From Trueperaceae bacterium (GTDB lineage Bacteria > Deinococcota > Deinococci > Deinococcales > Trueperaceae), in NCBI GenBank assembly GCA_965214405.1, contig OZ243956.1, positions 1,056,001 to 1,120,000 of the forward strand: a stretch of 64,000 bases of DNA. The letters run 5' to 3'. Shown in pieces: positions 1 through 9,819 of this stretch. The notes beneath the pieces are model-generated. The model searched no databases. It saw only the letters and a list, made by a program, of their open reading frames with translations, and was not told the origin of the DNA. Each line of letters begins with the position of its first letter. Position 1 is the stretch's first letter. The position numbers and the translations under genes are program-made.

Positions 1-127
1 AGAGGCGGCTCGAGTTCCGCGACTCAAACGTTTTTTCGCTCTCTACTTCCTGACCGCCGATAAGGTTATGAAAAGCTCTAGGCGTTTTTGTTTCTTGCTT
101 GGTCTTTTGTGTGATGGTGTCTGTCAT
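1..127 (-). CDS. 5' part of a probable aldehyde dehydrogenase-family gene (runs off the window)
   Basis: ATG at 127 with GGAGG upstream. Translation MTDTITQKTKQETKTPRAFHNLIGGQEVESEKTFESRN resembles ALDH N-termini. Only about 42 codons are visible. Confidence 0.5.
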   Translation of the reverse strand, partial: MTDTITQKTKQETKTPRAFHNLIGGQEVESEKTFESRNSSRL

Positions 128-250
128 GGGTCCTCCAAACCGCTAGTTGCATATATCCGTGTATATAACGTTTAATGCTACCACAGCGCCCCCAAGCCGT
201 CATGAATCCGCGTCGGCATTCAAGATTCGGGCGCGCCAGATTTAGGAGCG

Positions 251-1665
251 CAGCAGTTCCAAATTTAATCGTTCAAGTAGAATCAAGCTCTAAGACCTCA
301 TTAAGTTCAAGCCCTTGGGCCCTAAAGAGTAAGAGCTGAGCCCAGGAGTCAAAGAGGTGAAAACGCGTCAGGGTGCGCAAGTCGCCAAAGAAGGTGGAAC
401 GGGGCCCTAAGCGGGCGCGAATGGCCTGGTAACGCGCGTCAAGCAGGTCAAAGAGCGAGTGAAGCAGAAAAGCGAGCAGCATGAGCGACAACAGCATGGT
501 CGAGAGATGCTGCTTGCCATGCCCAAAGTTGTGCTCAAAGTTGTAGCCTTTGGTTTTCAGGACGTTGTTGCCCTCGTTCTCGACTTTCCACCTCGCCCGG
601 CCCCAGGTAACGACGCGGACAATGGTTCGTAGGCTCAAGGAGAGGTTAGTCGCAAAGGTGTTGTGGTAGAGCGTCTTGCCGTTAGCATCTCGCTCAGTGA
701 CTTCGCACCAGTTCACAGTAAGAGCGTCCCTGCCGTCGCGTAGCGGTAGGTCGTTAGCAAAGCGGTAGCAAAGGCTGCGCTGTTTCTTACCCTGACCCTG
801 TAGAAGCGTCACTTCTTGGACGGGGCTGAGCGAGAGGTAGTCGTAGAGCGTCTTGTGCGAGCTCGGCTTGCACACGAAGATGAAGTCACAGCCTTGTTCG
901 AGCACGCGCTCACAGGTGGGCTGATGGCAGTAGAGGTCGTCACCCAAAATGACCACCCGCCCCAGTCCGTACTCGGACAGTTTGTACGAGAGCCAACGCT
1001 TAGCCGCCGCGCTCTCACAATCTTGTTTGTCGCTACCGTCTTCGCATAGAACGAACTCAGGCTCTAAACAGAGCACCTCGTGAGCCCCTGCACTAAGCAT
1101 GACCGGCAATACGACGCTGTGGGTACAGCGTGTTTTGCCACCCTTGTCTATCTTGTTGCAGCGTTCGCAACTCACCCGCTCCGAGCTATGGTACTGCGTG
1201 CCGTCAAGTGCTACCAGTACCCGACCCGCGTGCTCGAAGTGCTGCCTAAGAAGACCTGCCGCAGCAAGTTCGCGCACCACGTAGCGGTAAGCCACAGCCA
1301 GCGCGTCGGGCGAGTGCTCGTCGAGCACGTTCTTGATCTGTTCGTCACTCGCTATGCGCTCCAAGCTAAACAAGCTCTGCACGTTGCTCCGGCCTTTGCG
1401 CGCGCTCACCTCGCGTTGCCATTCCAGAAACGAGGCGTTTTGCATGAAGAACACTGAGAACGCAACGGCAGGGCGGCCTGCCCGTAACGCCGCCAGCCCT
1501 ATCTCGCTCAAGCTGTACTGTTTGTTCTTCCCCCTGCTGTCTTGCATCCCCTCAAAGATGCTCCCCAATACATCAACGAGTTGGTTAAAGCGCAACCCCT
1601 TTTCCATACCTCCAGGCTACCGCTTCTGCTAAGCAAGGGGAGAATTATTAAATTTGGAATTGCTG
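251..1665 (-). mobile_element. Insertion sequence, ISNCY/IS4-like DDE element
   Basis: 19-bp terminal inverted repeats: CAGCAGTTCCAAATTTAAT (251-269) and ATTAAATTTGGAATTGCTG (1647-1665), one mismatch. No target duplication seen. Confidence 0.85.
273..1607 (-). CDS. ISNCY-type DDE transposase
   Basis: Motifs LVALDGT, KQDCE, ILGDDLY and GRARWKVENE...LKTKGYNFEHNFGHG. Confidence 0.9.
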   Translation of the reverse strand: MEKGLRFNQLVDVLGSIFEGMQDSRGKNKQYSLSEIGLAALRAGRPAVAFSVFFMQNASFLEWQREVSARKGRSNVQSLFSLERIASDEQIKNVLDEHSPDALAVAYRYVVRELAAAGLLRQHFEHAGRVLVALDGTQYHSSERVSCERCNKIDKGGKTRCTHSVVLPVMLSAGAHEVLCLEPEFVLCEDGSDKQDCESAAAKRWLSYKLSEYGLGRVVILGDDLYCHQPTCERVLEQGCDFIFVCKPSSHKTLYDYLSLSPVQEVTLLQGQGKKQRSLCYRFANDLPLRDGRDALTVNWCEVTERDANGKTLYHNTFATNLSLSLRTIVRVVTWGRARWKVENEGNNVLKTKGYNFEHNFGHGKQHLSTMLLSLMLLAFLLHSLFDLLDARYQAIRARLGPRSTFFGDLRTLTRFHLFDSWAQLLLFRAQGLELNEVLELDST

Positions 1666-1666
1666 C

Positions 1667-1692
1667 CTTGGCTCACTGGCTCACTTGGCTCA
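1667..1692 (+). repeat. Tandem copies of the IS target sequence: CTTGGCTCA-CTGGCTCA-CTTGGCTCA
   Basis: The same 9-mer recurs at 3019-3027 and 4385-4393, flanking the next two ISs. Confidence 0.9.
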
Positions 1693-3018
1693 GGGTGCAA
1701 CTCAGTGAATGGGGGTGATAAAACAGGACGATGACAACAGACGCAGAGCAAAGGGTAGAAGAACTGGACGCCATCATCAAGAGCATTGTTGCGGAGATAA
1801 AGCAGGAGCTAGGGACGAAAGCGAGCATGAACGAAATAGAAGCGGCCTTGCTAAAGCGACAAAGTAGCCTGATGAGTCGCCTGATGCAGCACCTGGTTGA
1901 GAGCCAGGATTTTCCCCCCTCTGATGAACAAAAGCGAGGGTTGGCATAAAGACGGACGGGGCGAGCTTGAGGTCAAGCACTTCTGGGGGAGCGTGCGCGT
2001 ACCCAGTCAAAGGTACGAACACAAAGACGGCAGACATTGCCAAGTCGCCCTGGACCCAAACTTAGACGGCAGTGGTTGGACAGCGGGCGCATTGAACGTG
2101 ATGATGCGTTTGAGTAGCGCTTTATCGTATGAAAAAGCGGTAGAAGTCAGCCGTGACTTTGAGATGTTGCCGGGCATGAGTCGCGCGGGCTTGGAGCGCT
2201 TGACCCAACCTTACGCCAGCGCTTGTCAGGCGCAAACGCGCGAGCTGCTGGACACGGCCAAAGATGCAGCGTTGCTAGCAGGACGAGGGCGGAAAGTGGT
2301 GATTGAAGTTGACGGGGTGCGGGTGCTCGAAAAAGCTCAGGACGGGGTTTGTGGCGGCATCGAGATCAAGAGCGCGGTGATCCACCCGGTGTCTGCACCT
2401 CAGCAACGCAGCCTGTTAGCCGATGTGTGTGAGGCGACAGCGTTTACCGACCAAGTAGCGGGGCTGATGCGTGAAGCAGGCCTGAGACAAGATGATGAAG
2501 TCGTCGGCCTGAGCGATGGCGCGAGTTGGATCAAAAACCTTTACGAGCATCTGGGTATCCCACACATCATCGACGTTTACCACAGCAGTGCTTACCTTGA
2601 CACCCTTATGGAAGCTCTCGGCTGGGATGAGCGCGAACGTAGCCAAACAAGACGCTCTTGGCTTAGCGGCGAGATTGCTGCTGCGGATTGGTTACAAACG
2701 CATCGTCCTGACCCTGCTGTTTGGCTGAGCTGGGATGACACATCACAAACGGCTTTACGCTATCTTCAAGAACGTCAACACCATATGGATTACCCCAGTT
2801 ATAAAAATTGTGGCTTACCCATTGGCTCTGGTCAAGTCGAGGGCGTCAACAAGAGCGTCATCGGCTTCCGCATGAAACAGTCGGGGATGCAGTGGTCGCG
2901 TCCTGGCGCAGGTCGCATGGCTTCTTTTAGAGCTAGGCGTTGTTCCAAGCAGCCGCTCGTCTCCCATGACACCATAAGGCACCACGCCTTTTCTTCCCCC
3001 ACTACGTGAGTTGCACCC
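1693..3018 (+). mobile_element. ISKra4/ISLre2-like (prokaryotic Mutator-type) IS, copy A
   Basis: TIRs GGGTGCAACTCA (1693) and TGAGTTGCACCC (ends 3018). 9-bp target duplication CTTGGCTCA on both sides. Confidence 0.9.
1731..3009 (+). CDS. Two-frame transposase (ORF 1731-1949 joined to the +1 ORF ending 3009)
   Basis: Motifs IEVDGV, LSDGASWI, DVYH and PIGSGQVEGVNKSVIGFRMKQSGMQWS. A T4C6 tract (1910-1919) lies in the frame overlap. Confidence 0.85.
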
Positions 3019-3027
3019 CTTGGCTCA

Positions 3028-4383
3028 GGGTGCATCCTGCTCTAAGGTGAAAGTTAGGAAGCCAAAGCGAAGGCTGAGAAACGAAGGTCATCAAAGTCCA
3101 GTAGCGGATGTTTAGCACAAGTTTGTGCCCTGAGTGAGGCCATGCCCTTAGCGCCAGAAGGTGACCAGTGCATACCACTTCTTTTCATGCGGTGACCAAT
3201 AACAGCCTTGTTCATCCCTTCAACCTGACCTGAACCAATGGGGTAGCGTTTGTTTTTGAAGCTGGGATAGTCCATAGAATCTAAGCGCTGCTCTAAGTAG
3301 TTAAGAGCCGATAAGGCGTTGTCTTGCCAGGTCATCCACAGCTCGGGCTCAGGGAGATACTGTTCTAACCAGTCTCGCGCACTGATGTCGCCCCTGTACC
3401 AGTCCCGCCTGTGCCGGGTTCGCTCGGCTTCATCCCAGTGCAGGGCCTGCATGACGACATTGAGGTAAGTCGCAGCGTGAAAGACATCGGTAATGCGCGT
3501 AGCCGCCAGGTGAGTAAAGATGGTGTCAATCCATTTCGCACCGTCGCCTAGGCCGATAAGGGTATCTTGGGCTGTGACACCCGCCTCTACAAGCAAGCCT
3601 AAAAGCAGGGGCAAAAAGTCCTCGGCTGAACATCTGTCTGCTAACATCCACCTTTCGCCGGGACCATTTTGAGAGTAAAGAACAGCGCTCTTTATTTCTA
3701 GCCCCGGACAACTCTTTGCTTCAGGACGACCCAGCACATAAACACCATCAACTTGTAGGACCATCACACGCCCCGGCTTAGCGCTTGGCTGAACCGGACA
3801 CTCACGCGTTTGCCTTAGCTTTTCACTCACTGCCTGTTCACAGTGAAGCGCGTAGAGACTGGTTAAAGTCGCAAGGCTTGAACCGCTAATGTCGAGTCCA
3901 AACAGCTTGGCGAGATGACTGCCTTCTTCATAAGGCAGACGGCTACTGAGTTCGAGCAAGCGTTCCAAGGCTTCAGGGCTCCAGCCCGATTCATCCAAGC
4001 AGCCATCATAGTAGACCTGTTGACGCTCTCCCGTTCGAGCTTTCAACCTCTGGACTTTGACACGAACACTACCCCAGCACGTCTTGATATTGCCTGTACT
4101 CAGACCGTTACGCCAGTAGCCCTCAGGTGTCGCTTTGGCTTCGGGGGGAAAAAGCCTCGGCGTTCGCCAGGGCCTCGGCTGTTTTTCTCATCATCTCCGG
4201 CGAGAACTTTAGCATTGCCCTTTCTATATCTCTAAAGTTGGCGTCCGGCGCTAGCGTTGCCTTCAAATCGGCTAAGTAATGCTCGAATGCTTCTCTCGCC
4301 TTCTCTTCCCAGTCTGGCTTGTTCATGCGCCAGTCTACTTCCCTTTGCACCCTTTTTCTATCCCCTTATGCCAGGATGCACCC
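3028..4383 (-). mobile_element. ISKra4/ISLre2-like IS, copy B
   Basis: TIRs GGGTGCATCCTG (3028) and CAGGATGCACCC (ends 4383). Flanked by (A)CTTGGCTCA. Confidence 0.9.
3054..4326 (-). CDS. Two-frame transposase (MNKPDW... ORF joined to the +1 catalytic ORF)
   Basis: Motifs LQVDGV, LGDGAKWI and PIGSGQVEGMNK. T5C6 tract on the minus strand at 4153-4143, with the downstream frame open from the tract. Confidence 0.85.
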
Positions 4384-4400
4384 ACTTGGCTCAACTCAGC

Positions 4401-4430
4401 TTGACAAGGTCCGGCCCGGATTTATACAAT
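4401..4430 (+). promoter_or_regulatory. Sigma70-type promoter for tRNA-Gln
   Basis: TTGACA (4401-4406), 18-bp spacer, TACAAT (4425-4430), about 60 bp upstream of the tRNA. Confidence 0.7.
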
Positions 4431-4489
4431 TGCGTTTGCGCCTCTCCGGCGTTGACCTCTGGTCAATCCCCAAGGCGCGCGTGAGACGG

Positions 4490-4563
4490 TGGGGTGTCGT
4501 CTAACGGCAGGACAGCGGATTTTGGTTCCGTTAATCGGGGTTCGAGTCCCTGCACCCCAACCA
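4490..4563 (+). tRNA. tRNA-Gln(TTG)
   Basis: Acceptor stem TGGGGTG/CACCCCA; anticodon arm GCGGA-TTTTGGT-TCCGT; T-loop GTTCGAG; encoded CCA. Confidence 0.97.
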
Positions 4564-4593
4564 GCAACAAACGCTGTCTAGAACAGCATATAA

Positions 4594-4633
4594 GAAAAGC
4601 GGCTGAGCCTGCCATCAGCCGCTTTTCCCTTTT
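4594..4633 (+). terminator. Intrinsic terminator after tRNA-Gln
   Basis: Inverted repeat AAAAGCGGCTGA...TCAGCCGCTTTT followed by T-rich sequence. Confidence 0.75.
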
Positions 4634-4782
4634 TGTGGTTCTCTTTAAGCCGCGCGCCTGAAGCGCCTTTGAGGCCGCTCGAGGATACATTTGGGACCTG
4701 CGAGACCTTCGGACGGCTCTACGGTCGGTAAGATGAAGGACACCGGAATTTTACAAAGACTATTTTCTTAGGCAGCCACATC

Positions 4783-6858
4783 ATGACCCAAAAACCCAAA
4801 TTTCTCAGCGAGACCTATGCTCGAGCCTTTCTGTCCCCCCGCGTGGCCCAGGCCTACCAACACCGCCCGCCCTACGCCACTGAGGTGTTTGACATCCTCA
4901 GTGGCTTGTTATCCATGCCTCCTAACCGCGTCCTCGACCTCGGCTGCGGCACGGGCTTCGTCGCGCGTCGCCTGGCCCCCCGCGTCGCTCGGGTTGACGC
5001 GGTTGACGTGTCGGAGGCGATGATTGCGGAAGGAAAAAAGCTTCCTGGCGGCGACCATCCCCGGCTTCGGTGGATTGTGGGACGCGCCGAGACGGTTCGG
5101 CTCGAGCCGCCTTACAGCCTCGTGACCGCAGGCGACAGCCTTCACTGGATGGACTGGGAGACTGTGTTACTGCGTCTAAACAGTTTGCTCGGTAAAAACG
5201 CTTATCTCGCCATTCTGAGCGCCGGAACCGCGCCGACGCCGTGGGACGACGCACTTGCGGAACTCGTCAAGCGTTACTCCACGAACCAGGATTACGAGCC
5301 TTTCGACCTCGTGGGGACGCTCACCGCTCGAGGGCTCTTCAAACCTTGCGGAGAACACCAGACGACGCCCGTACCCTTTGTGCAACCCCTCGAGGCTTAC
5401 GCCGCGTCGTTTCACGGCAGGTCCTCGCTGTCAAAAGATGCGATGGGTCCTCGAGCAGAAGCGTTCGGCGCGGCTCTTCGCGCGCTCGTCAGGACGTTTC
5501 AGGGTGATTCTGAGGATGAAACGGTGCAACTCGAGCTCGTCTCGACGATCACTTGGGGAAGCCTCTGGCACCCGCCGCTGGACTATGCTGAACCCATGAG
5601 CCATCCGTCTACCATCCCTCCCACCATGCGCGCGTTCACCCTCTCCGGCACAGGCTGGGAGCATCTAAGCCTCCGCACCGTGCCCACACCCCAACCCGGC
5701 CCGAAGCAGCTTCTGGCCAGGGTAGACGCCGCGGGCATCTGCACCTCGCTCATCAAACTTATCGAGCAGGGACCCAAGCACCCTTACCTCTACGGCTGGG
5801 ACGTGAGCGCGCACCCCGTCATCCTGGGCGACGAGGGCGCGGTGACGCTTCAAGCGGTCGGGGAGGATTTGCGGGAGCGTTACGGGGTGGGCGAAAGGTT
5901 CGTCATCCAGCCCGCCGTGGACCACGCGCCGCTGGACCACCGGGAGCGCTACAAAAATGTCGAGCACGTTCACAAGCTCGCGGTCGGTTACACGCTGCCG
6001 GGGCATCTGGCGGAGTACATTTTGATTTCTGAGGAGGTGATGGCGGCGGGCTGCCTTCTCCCTTTTTCGAACCTCCCCTACGCCCACGCCGCCCTGAGTG
6101 AGCCCTTGTCGTGCGTAGTTTCGGGGCAAGACCATCACGTGCATCTCACGCAAAAAACACCCCAAAGGAAGCGAGAGGCGCACAAGGGGGTCAAGCCCGG
6201 CGGCGTCACGGTGGTCGTCGGCGCGGGCGCGATGGGCCGGATGCACGTGGACGTGGCGCTGAGTTACGGACCCAGGACCATCGTCGTGACCGACTTTTTA
6301 GAGGCGCGGCTGGGGCGCGTGCGTGAGCTTTTCGGCACCAAGGCGGTGGGGCTCGAGGTGGGGCTGCACACCGTCAACGGGCGGGAGGACGTTCGGGGCT
6401 TGGTGAACACGCTCACGAACAACCGCGGCGCGGACGACGTGATTGTGGCGGTGGGGTCGGCGCAGGCCATCGAGACGGCGCAGCACTTCTGCGGGCGGGG
6501 CGCGGTCTTGAACCTTTTCGGCGGGCTTAAACGCGGTGAGGACGTGGTCGGGCTCGACACCGGCCTCGTTCACTATCAGGAAATCATCGTCACCGGCTCC
6601 TCGGGCGGCTCGCCGTGGGACGTGGCGCGGACCCTAGAGCTTTTGTCAGCGGACAAGCTTAGCGCGGGCGCGCACATCACCCGCGTCGGCGATTTGAGCC
6701 ACGCGGCGGCGCTGTTAAACATGGTCAAGGCTCAGGAACTTGACGGCAAAGCGGTGGTGTATCCGCACAGGCGTAGCGACGCCATCCTCTCCGTGGACGG
6801 CTGGACCGCCGAGGACGAGGCGGCTTATCTTAAAGGCGTTCCCGCGCCCTCTCAATGA
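4783..6858 (+). CDS. Class I SAM methyltransferase in frame with a zinc-binding (MDR) alcohol/polyol dehydrogenase
   Basis: N-terminal VLDLGCGTG motif. From about aa 272 (MSHPST) there are MDR motifs AGICTS, ILGDEG and VVGAGAMG. No stop codon separates the two domains. Confidence 0.8.
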   Translation: MTQKPKFLSETYARAFLSPRVAQAYQHRPPYATEVFDILSGLLSMPPNRVLDLGCGTGFVARRLAPRVARVDAVDVSEAMIAEGKKLPGGDHPRLRWIVGRAETVRLEPPYSLVTAGDSLHWMDWETVLLRLNSLLGKNAYLAILSAGTAPTPWDDALAELVKRYSTNQDYEPFDLVGTLTARGLFKPCGEHQTTPVPFVQPLEAYAASFHGRSSLSKDAMGPRAEAFGAALRALVRTFQGDSEDETVQLELVSTITWGSLWHPPLDYAEPMSHPSTIPPTMRAFTLSGTGWEHLSLRTVPTPQPGPKQLLARVDAAGICTSLIKLIEQGPKHPYLYGWDVSAHPVILGDEGAVTLQAVGEDLRERYGVGERFVIQPAVDHAPLDHRERYKNVEHVHKLAVGYTLPGHLAEYILISEEVMAAGCLLPFSNLPYAHAALSEPLSCVVSGQDHHVHLTQKTPQRKREAHKGVKPGGVTVVVGAGAMGRMHVDVALSYGPRTIVVTDFLEARLGRVRELFGTKAVGLEVGLHTVNGREDVRGLVNTLTNNRGADDVIVAVGSAQAIETAQHFCGRGAVLNLFGGLKRGEDVVGLDTGLVHYQEIIVTGSSGGSPWDVARTLELLSADKLSAGAHITRVGDLSHAAALLNMVKAQELDGKAVVYPHRRSDAILSVDGWTAEDEAAYLKGVPAPSQ

Positions 6859-8123
6859 GCCGCACCTTTGTCGGCTTTGGTTTTGGCGCGATTCAGGCGG
6901 GGCTCTACCTCTATGAAGGAGCCAAGTCGGGCGCGTTCGGGCGGCTCGTCGTCGCCTACCGCCGCCCGGAGGTGATTGCGCGCGTTCGGGCGGCGGGGGG
7001 CTACGGACTCAACATCGCGCACCCTGACGGCGTTGAGCAGGTGCAAGTCGGACCCGTTGAGGTAGAAGATGTGAATGTTCCGGCGGACCGCGCGCGCCTC
7101 GTTCACGCCGTTGCGGAAGCCAGCGAGCTTGCCACGGCCCTCTCGAGCGTCCGCGACTACACCTCGGCGGGGCCGGGGAGCGTTCACCGCCTCCTGGCTG
7201 CCGGATTGCGCGAGAAAGCGCGGCGGGCGGGGCCGCGCGCGGTCGTTTACGCCTCGGAAAACCACAATCACGCGGCGGAGAGGCTCGAGCGGGCCGTCTT
7301 CACTCAAATTCCAGCGCGTGAGCGGGAGGCGGTGAGGTCGCGCGTCCATTTTTCGGACACCGTCATCGGCAAGATGAGCGGCGTCGTGACGGGGGCGCGG
7401 GAGGTGGAGGCTCGAGGCCTCGCGCCCGTCACGCCGGGGAGCGAGCGCGCCTTTTTGGTCGAGGCCTTTAACCGCATCTTGACCACGAAAATTCCCTTTG
7501 AAGGGTTCGGCCGGGGCTTCCCGACTTTTGAGGAAAAAGCGGACTTGCGGCCCTTCGAGGAGGCCAAACTCTACGGCCACAACGCGACGCACGCGCTGGC
7601 CGCTTACGTCGGGGCGTTTGTGGGAACCGAGACGATTGCCGACTTGAAAAACGTCCCGGGCATGACGAACTTTCTAAGCGCGGCATTTGTGGAGGAATCG
7701 GGTGCCGCGCTCATTAAAAAGTACGCGGGTCTCGACCCCCTCTTCTCTCCCCAGGGTTACCGCCGCTACGCCGACGATTTGTTGACGCGCATGATGAACC
7801 CCCATTTGCGCGATACGGTGGCGCGGGTGGGGCGCGACCCGGCGCGCAAGCTGGGCTGGGACGACCGGCTCGTCGGCACCATGCGTTTGGCCCTGCGTGA
7901 GGGCGTGACGCCCCGCCGCTACGCGCTGGGCGCGGCGGCGGCGTTGGGGGCGCTCGAGCCTTATTTAGAACAGTCTAAGCAGCTCGAGGCGCTGGGGGCA
8001 CTGTGGGAGTATATTCCCGCTACCCGTGAAAAGGAGACCGTGCTGGAGCTTGTCGGAGAGGGCCAACAAAGGCTTGACCGCTGGCGGGAAGGGGGGTTCG
8101 GGCGGCTCGAGGCTCTTTTGTGA
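6855..8123 (+). CDS. Mannitol-1-phosphate/mannitol dehydrogenase-family protein
   Basis: GFGFGAIQAG Rossmann motif; KLYGHNATHA; DTVARVGRDPARKLGWDDRL. ATGA overlap with the upstream gene. Confidence 0.8.
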   Translation: MSRTFVGFGFGAIQAGLYLYEGAKSGAFGRLVVAYRRPEVIARVRAAGGYGLNIAHPDGVEQVQVGPVEVEDVNVPADRARLVHAVAEASELATALSSVRDYTSAGPGSVHRLLAAGLREKARRAGPRAVVYASENHNHAAERLERAVFTQIPAREREAVRSRVHFSDTVIGKMSGVVTGAREVEARGLAPVTPGSERAFLVEAFNRILTTKIPFEGFGRGFPTFEEKADLRPFEEAKLYGHNATHALAAYVGAFVGTETIADLKNVPGMTNFLSAAFVEESGAALIKKYAGLDPLFSPQGYRRYADDLLTRMMNPHLRDTVARVGRDPARKLGWDDRLVGTMRLALREGVTPRRYALGAAAALGALEPYLEQSKQLEALGALWEYIPATREKETVLELVGEGQQRLDRWREGGFGRLEALL

Positions 8124-8279
8124 CGCTCACTGCCCCTTTCTTGGCCCACCGCGGGTCAAGATAGCTCACGGGTTCATACAGGCCTTGTGGCACAAAAGCG
8201 AGCCGGAACTTTTCTGTTCCGGCTCGCTTGCAACCATGTTGCTTTCGAATGAGCGACTTTAAGCAGGTGACGCTACGCG

Positions 8280-8525
8280 CTAATCGCCCACCCCGACGCC
8301 TTCGCCAAGCCCTTCGCGGAAGGTATCGTATTCGCCGCGGAAGGTGTCATACTCGCCGCGAAACGTGTCGTACTCGCCGCGCAAGGTGTCATAGTCGGTC
8401 CTTAGAGAGTCGTAATCGCCTCTCAAACTTACAACTTCTTCCTCTAGCGCGCCGTAGTCGCCGCCGGTTTCGCAACCGACGAGCAGACCCGCAAAAAGTG
8501 CGATGACAAGAAACGTTCTTTTCAT
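8280..8525 (-). CDS. Small lipoprotein with heptad (coiled-coil) repeats
   Basis: Lipobox signal MKRTFLVIALFAGLLVGC with GGAGG RBS. About five YD(S/T)(L/F)RGE-type heptads. Confidence 0.75.
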   Translation of the reverse strand: MKRTFLVIALFAGLLVGCETGGDYGALEEEVVSLRGDYDSLRTDYDTLRGEYDTFRGEYDTFRGEYDTFREGLGEGVGVGD

Positions 8526-8569
8526 CTTTCGCCTCCCAAGGTAATTTCGAATCACACTTTAACAGCACG

Positions 8570-8850
8570 TCACCAAGCTTCACTGCGCGTCAGCACCCAA
8601 AGTCCGACCGTCCGCAGCCGTCCCTGGCACCCCTGGGCGTCCGCACCCAGACCCACCTCGCCGCAGGCAACGATGACACTCATATCATCGGGCATATCAT
8701 CGGGCGAACGGATGTTGATGGATAAGTCGCTGTTGATGACGTCGAACACGCTCGCGTCAACCGTGATGATGGTGGGCTCGGGGCCGCCGGGGCTGGGCTC
8801 TAAAGGATAGACGATGTCGCCGCCGTGCCGCAGTCGCCCATGCGGAAGTG
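8570..8850 (-). pseudogene. Remnant of a Cu/Zn-SOD-like fold domain
   Basis: HFRMGDCGT, then a frameshift, then GDIVYPLE...VIVACGEVGLGA. Parallels the C-terminal domain of 23703-24689 (FRVGDCE...VVTCGEVGSGA). The 5' end is missing. Confidence 0.55.
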
Positions 8851-8886
8851 CGAGGAGTCCATCAAAGAGACCCTTTGGTAAACCGA

Positions 8887-9819
8887 TTAGAAATCTTTCT
8901 GGTCTGTTTGGAGGGATTTTTGGGGTGCGCGCCAGCTCGAGCCGTCTCGCGGGCGCGCTGCGTCCTCGAGCGTTTCCCCGAAGGGACTGCTCCACTCTCC
9001 CCCGAAAAGCTTGAGCACCCCCTTGTAAGCGTCTCGTTGCCGAGCGTCTTTAGAAAAGCCAGCCTTCCAGCCCGCTTCGGCGCGCACGACCGCGCGGTGC
9101 AGCGCGCGGTAGAGGGGCGGCTTATACATCTCTGAAAGCCGGTAGCCGCCGCGGTAGCCCTCGACCAAAAAAGGGGTCGCGGCGGGGGTGGACGCGCCGC
9201 CGATATGCAGCGCCGTCGTCCCCACCAAACGGCACTCGAAGCCCGCCGCCCGCATCCGCCAGCACCACTCCATATCTTCGTTGTAAAAGCGCAGCGTGCT
9301 GTTCATCCCCCCGACCCTCTCGACCACGTCGCGCCGGGTCATCTGCAAACAGCCCGAGAGCCAGGGGACGCTCACAGAAGGCGCGCTTCCAGCAGGTCCG
9401 GACACACGCGCCAACCTGCGGTAGTGGCGGCGGTAAGGGAGGCCCTGATTTTGCCACGCGCCCTCAGGCGTCACCACGCGCGGCCCGACCACGCCCACGT
9501 TTTCTCGCTCCAACACGCTTTGAAGCGCGGGCAACGTGTCCGCTCCGATCATCACGTCGGCGTTGAGGTGCGCCGCAAAAGGCCGCGACGAGGTCTCGAG
9601 CCAGCTTTTAAGCCCCACGTTGACCGCGTGCGCCAGGCTGTGGTTGGAGGTGTGGACGAGCCGGACGTCCCCAAAGCGTCCAACCGGGGCCGCGCCCTCG
9701 GGGCCGGTATCCACCACCAGCACGTCCGCGCCGGGTGCAAAACGCGCGACGCGTTCCAGACACGCCTGCAAAAGTTCGGGCGTGCGGTGGTGAACGACGA
9801 TAAGGCCTAGAGAAGTCAT
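8887..9819 (-). CDS. Glycosyltransferase family 2
   Basis: LIVVHH..., VLVVD, HLNAD, WLSGCLQM and FYNEDMEWCWR motifs of WbbL-like GT2 enzymes. Confidence 0.9.
   Translation of the reverse strand: MTSLGLIVVHHRTPELLQACLERVARFAPGADVLVVDTGPEGAAPVGRFGDVRLVHTSNHSLAHAVNVGLKSWLETSSRPFAAHLNADVMIGADTLPALQSVLERENVGVVGPRVVTPEGAWQNQGLPYRRHYRRLARVSGPAGSAPSVSVPWLSGCLQMTRRDVVERVGGMNSTLRFYNEDMEWCWRMRAAGFECRLVGTTALHIGGASTPAATPFLVEGYRGGYRLSEMYKPPLYRALHRAVVRAEAGWKAGFSKDARQRDAYKGVLKLFGGEWSSPFGETLEDAARPRDGSSWRAPQKSLQTDQKDF

Noticed and set aside
6852..7592. Long antisense or alternate-frame ORFs (e.g. 6852-7592, 13736-14383, 15730-16467, 47855-48478)
   Set aside because: Shadow ORFs are expected in high-GC coding DNA; each lies opposite a well-supported gene.
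8323..8427. 21-nt repeats as a CRISPR array
   Set aside because: No spacers, variation at synonymous positions, located inside a lipoprotein ORF, and no cas genes in the window.
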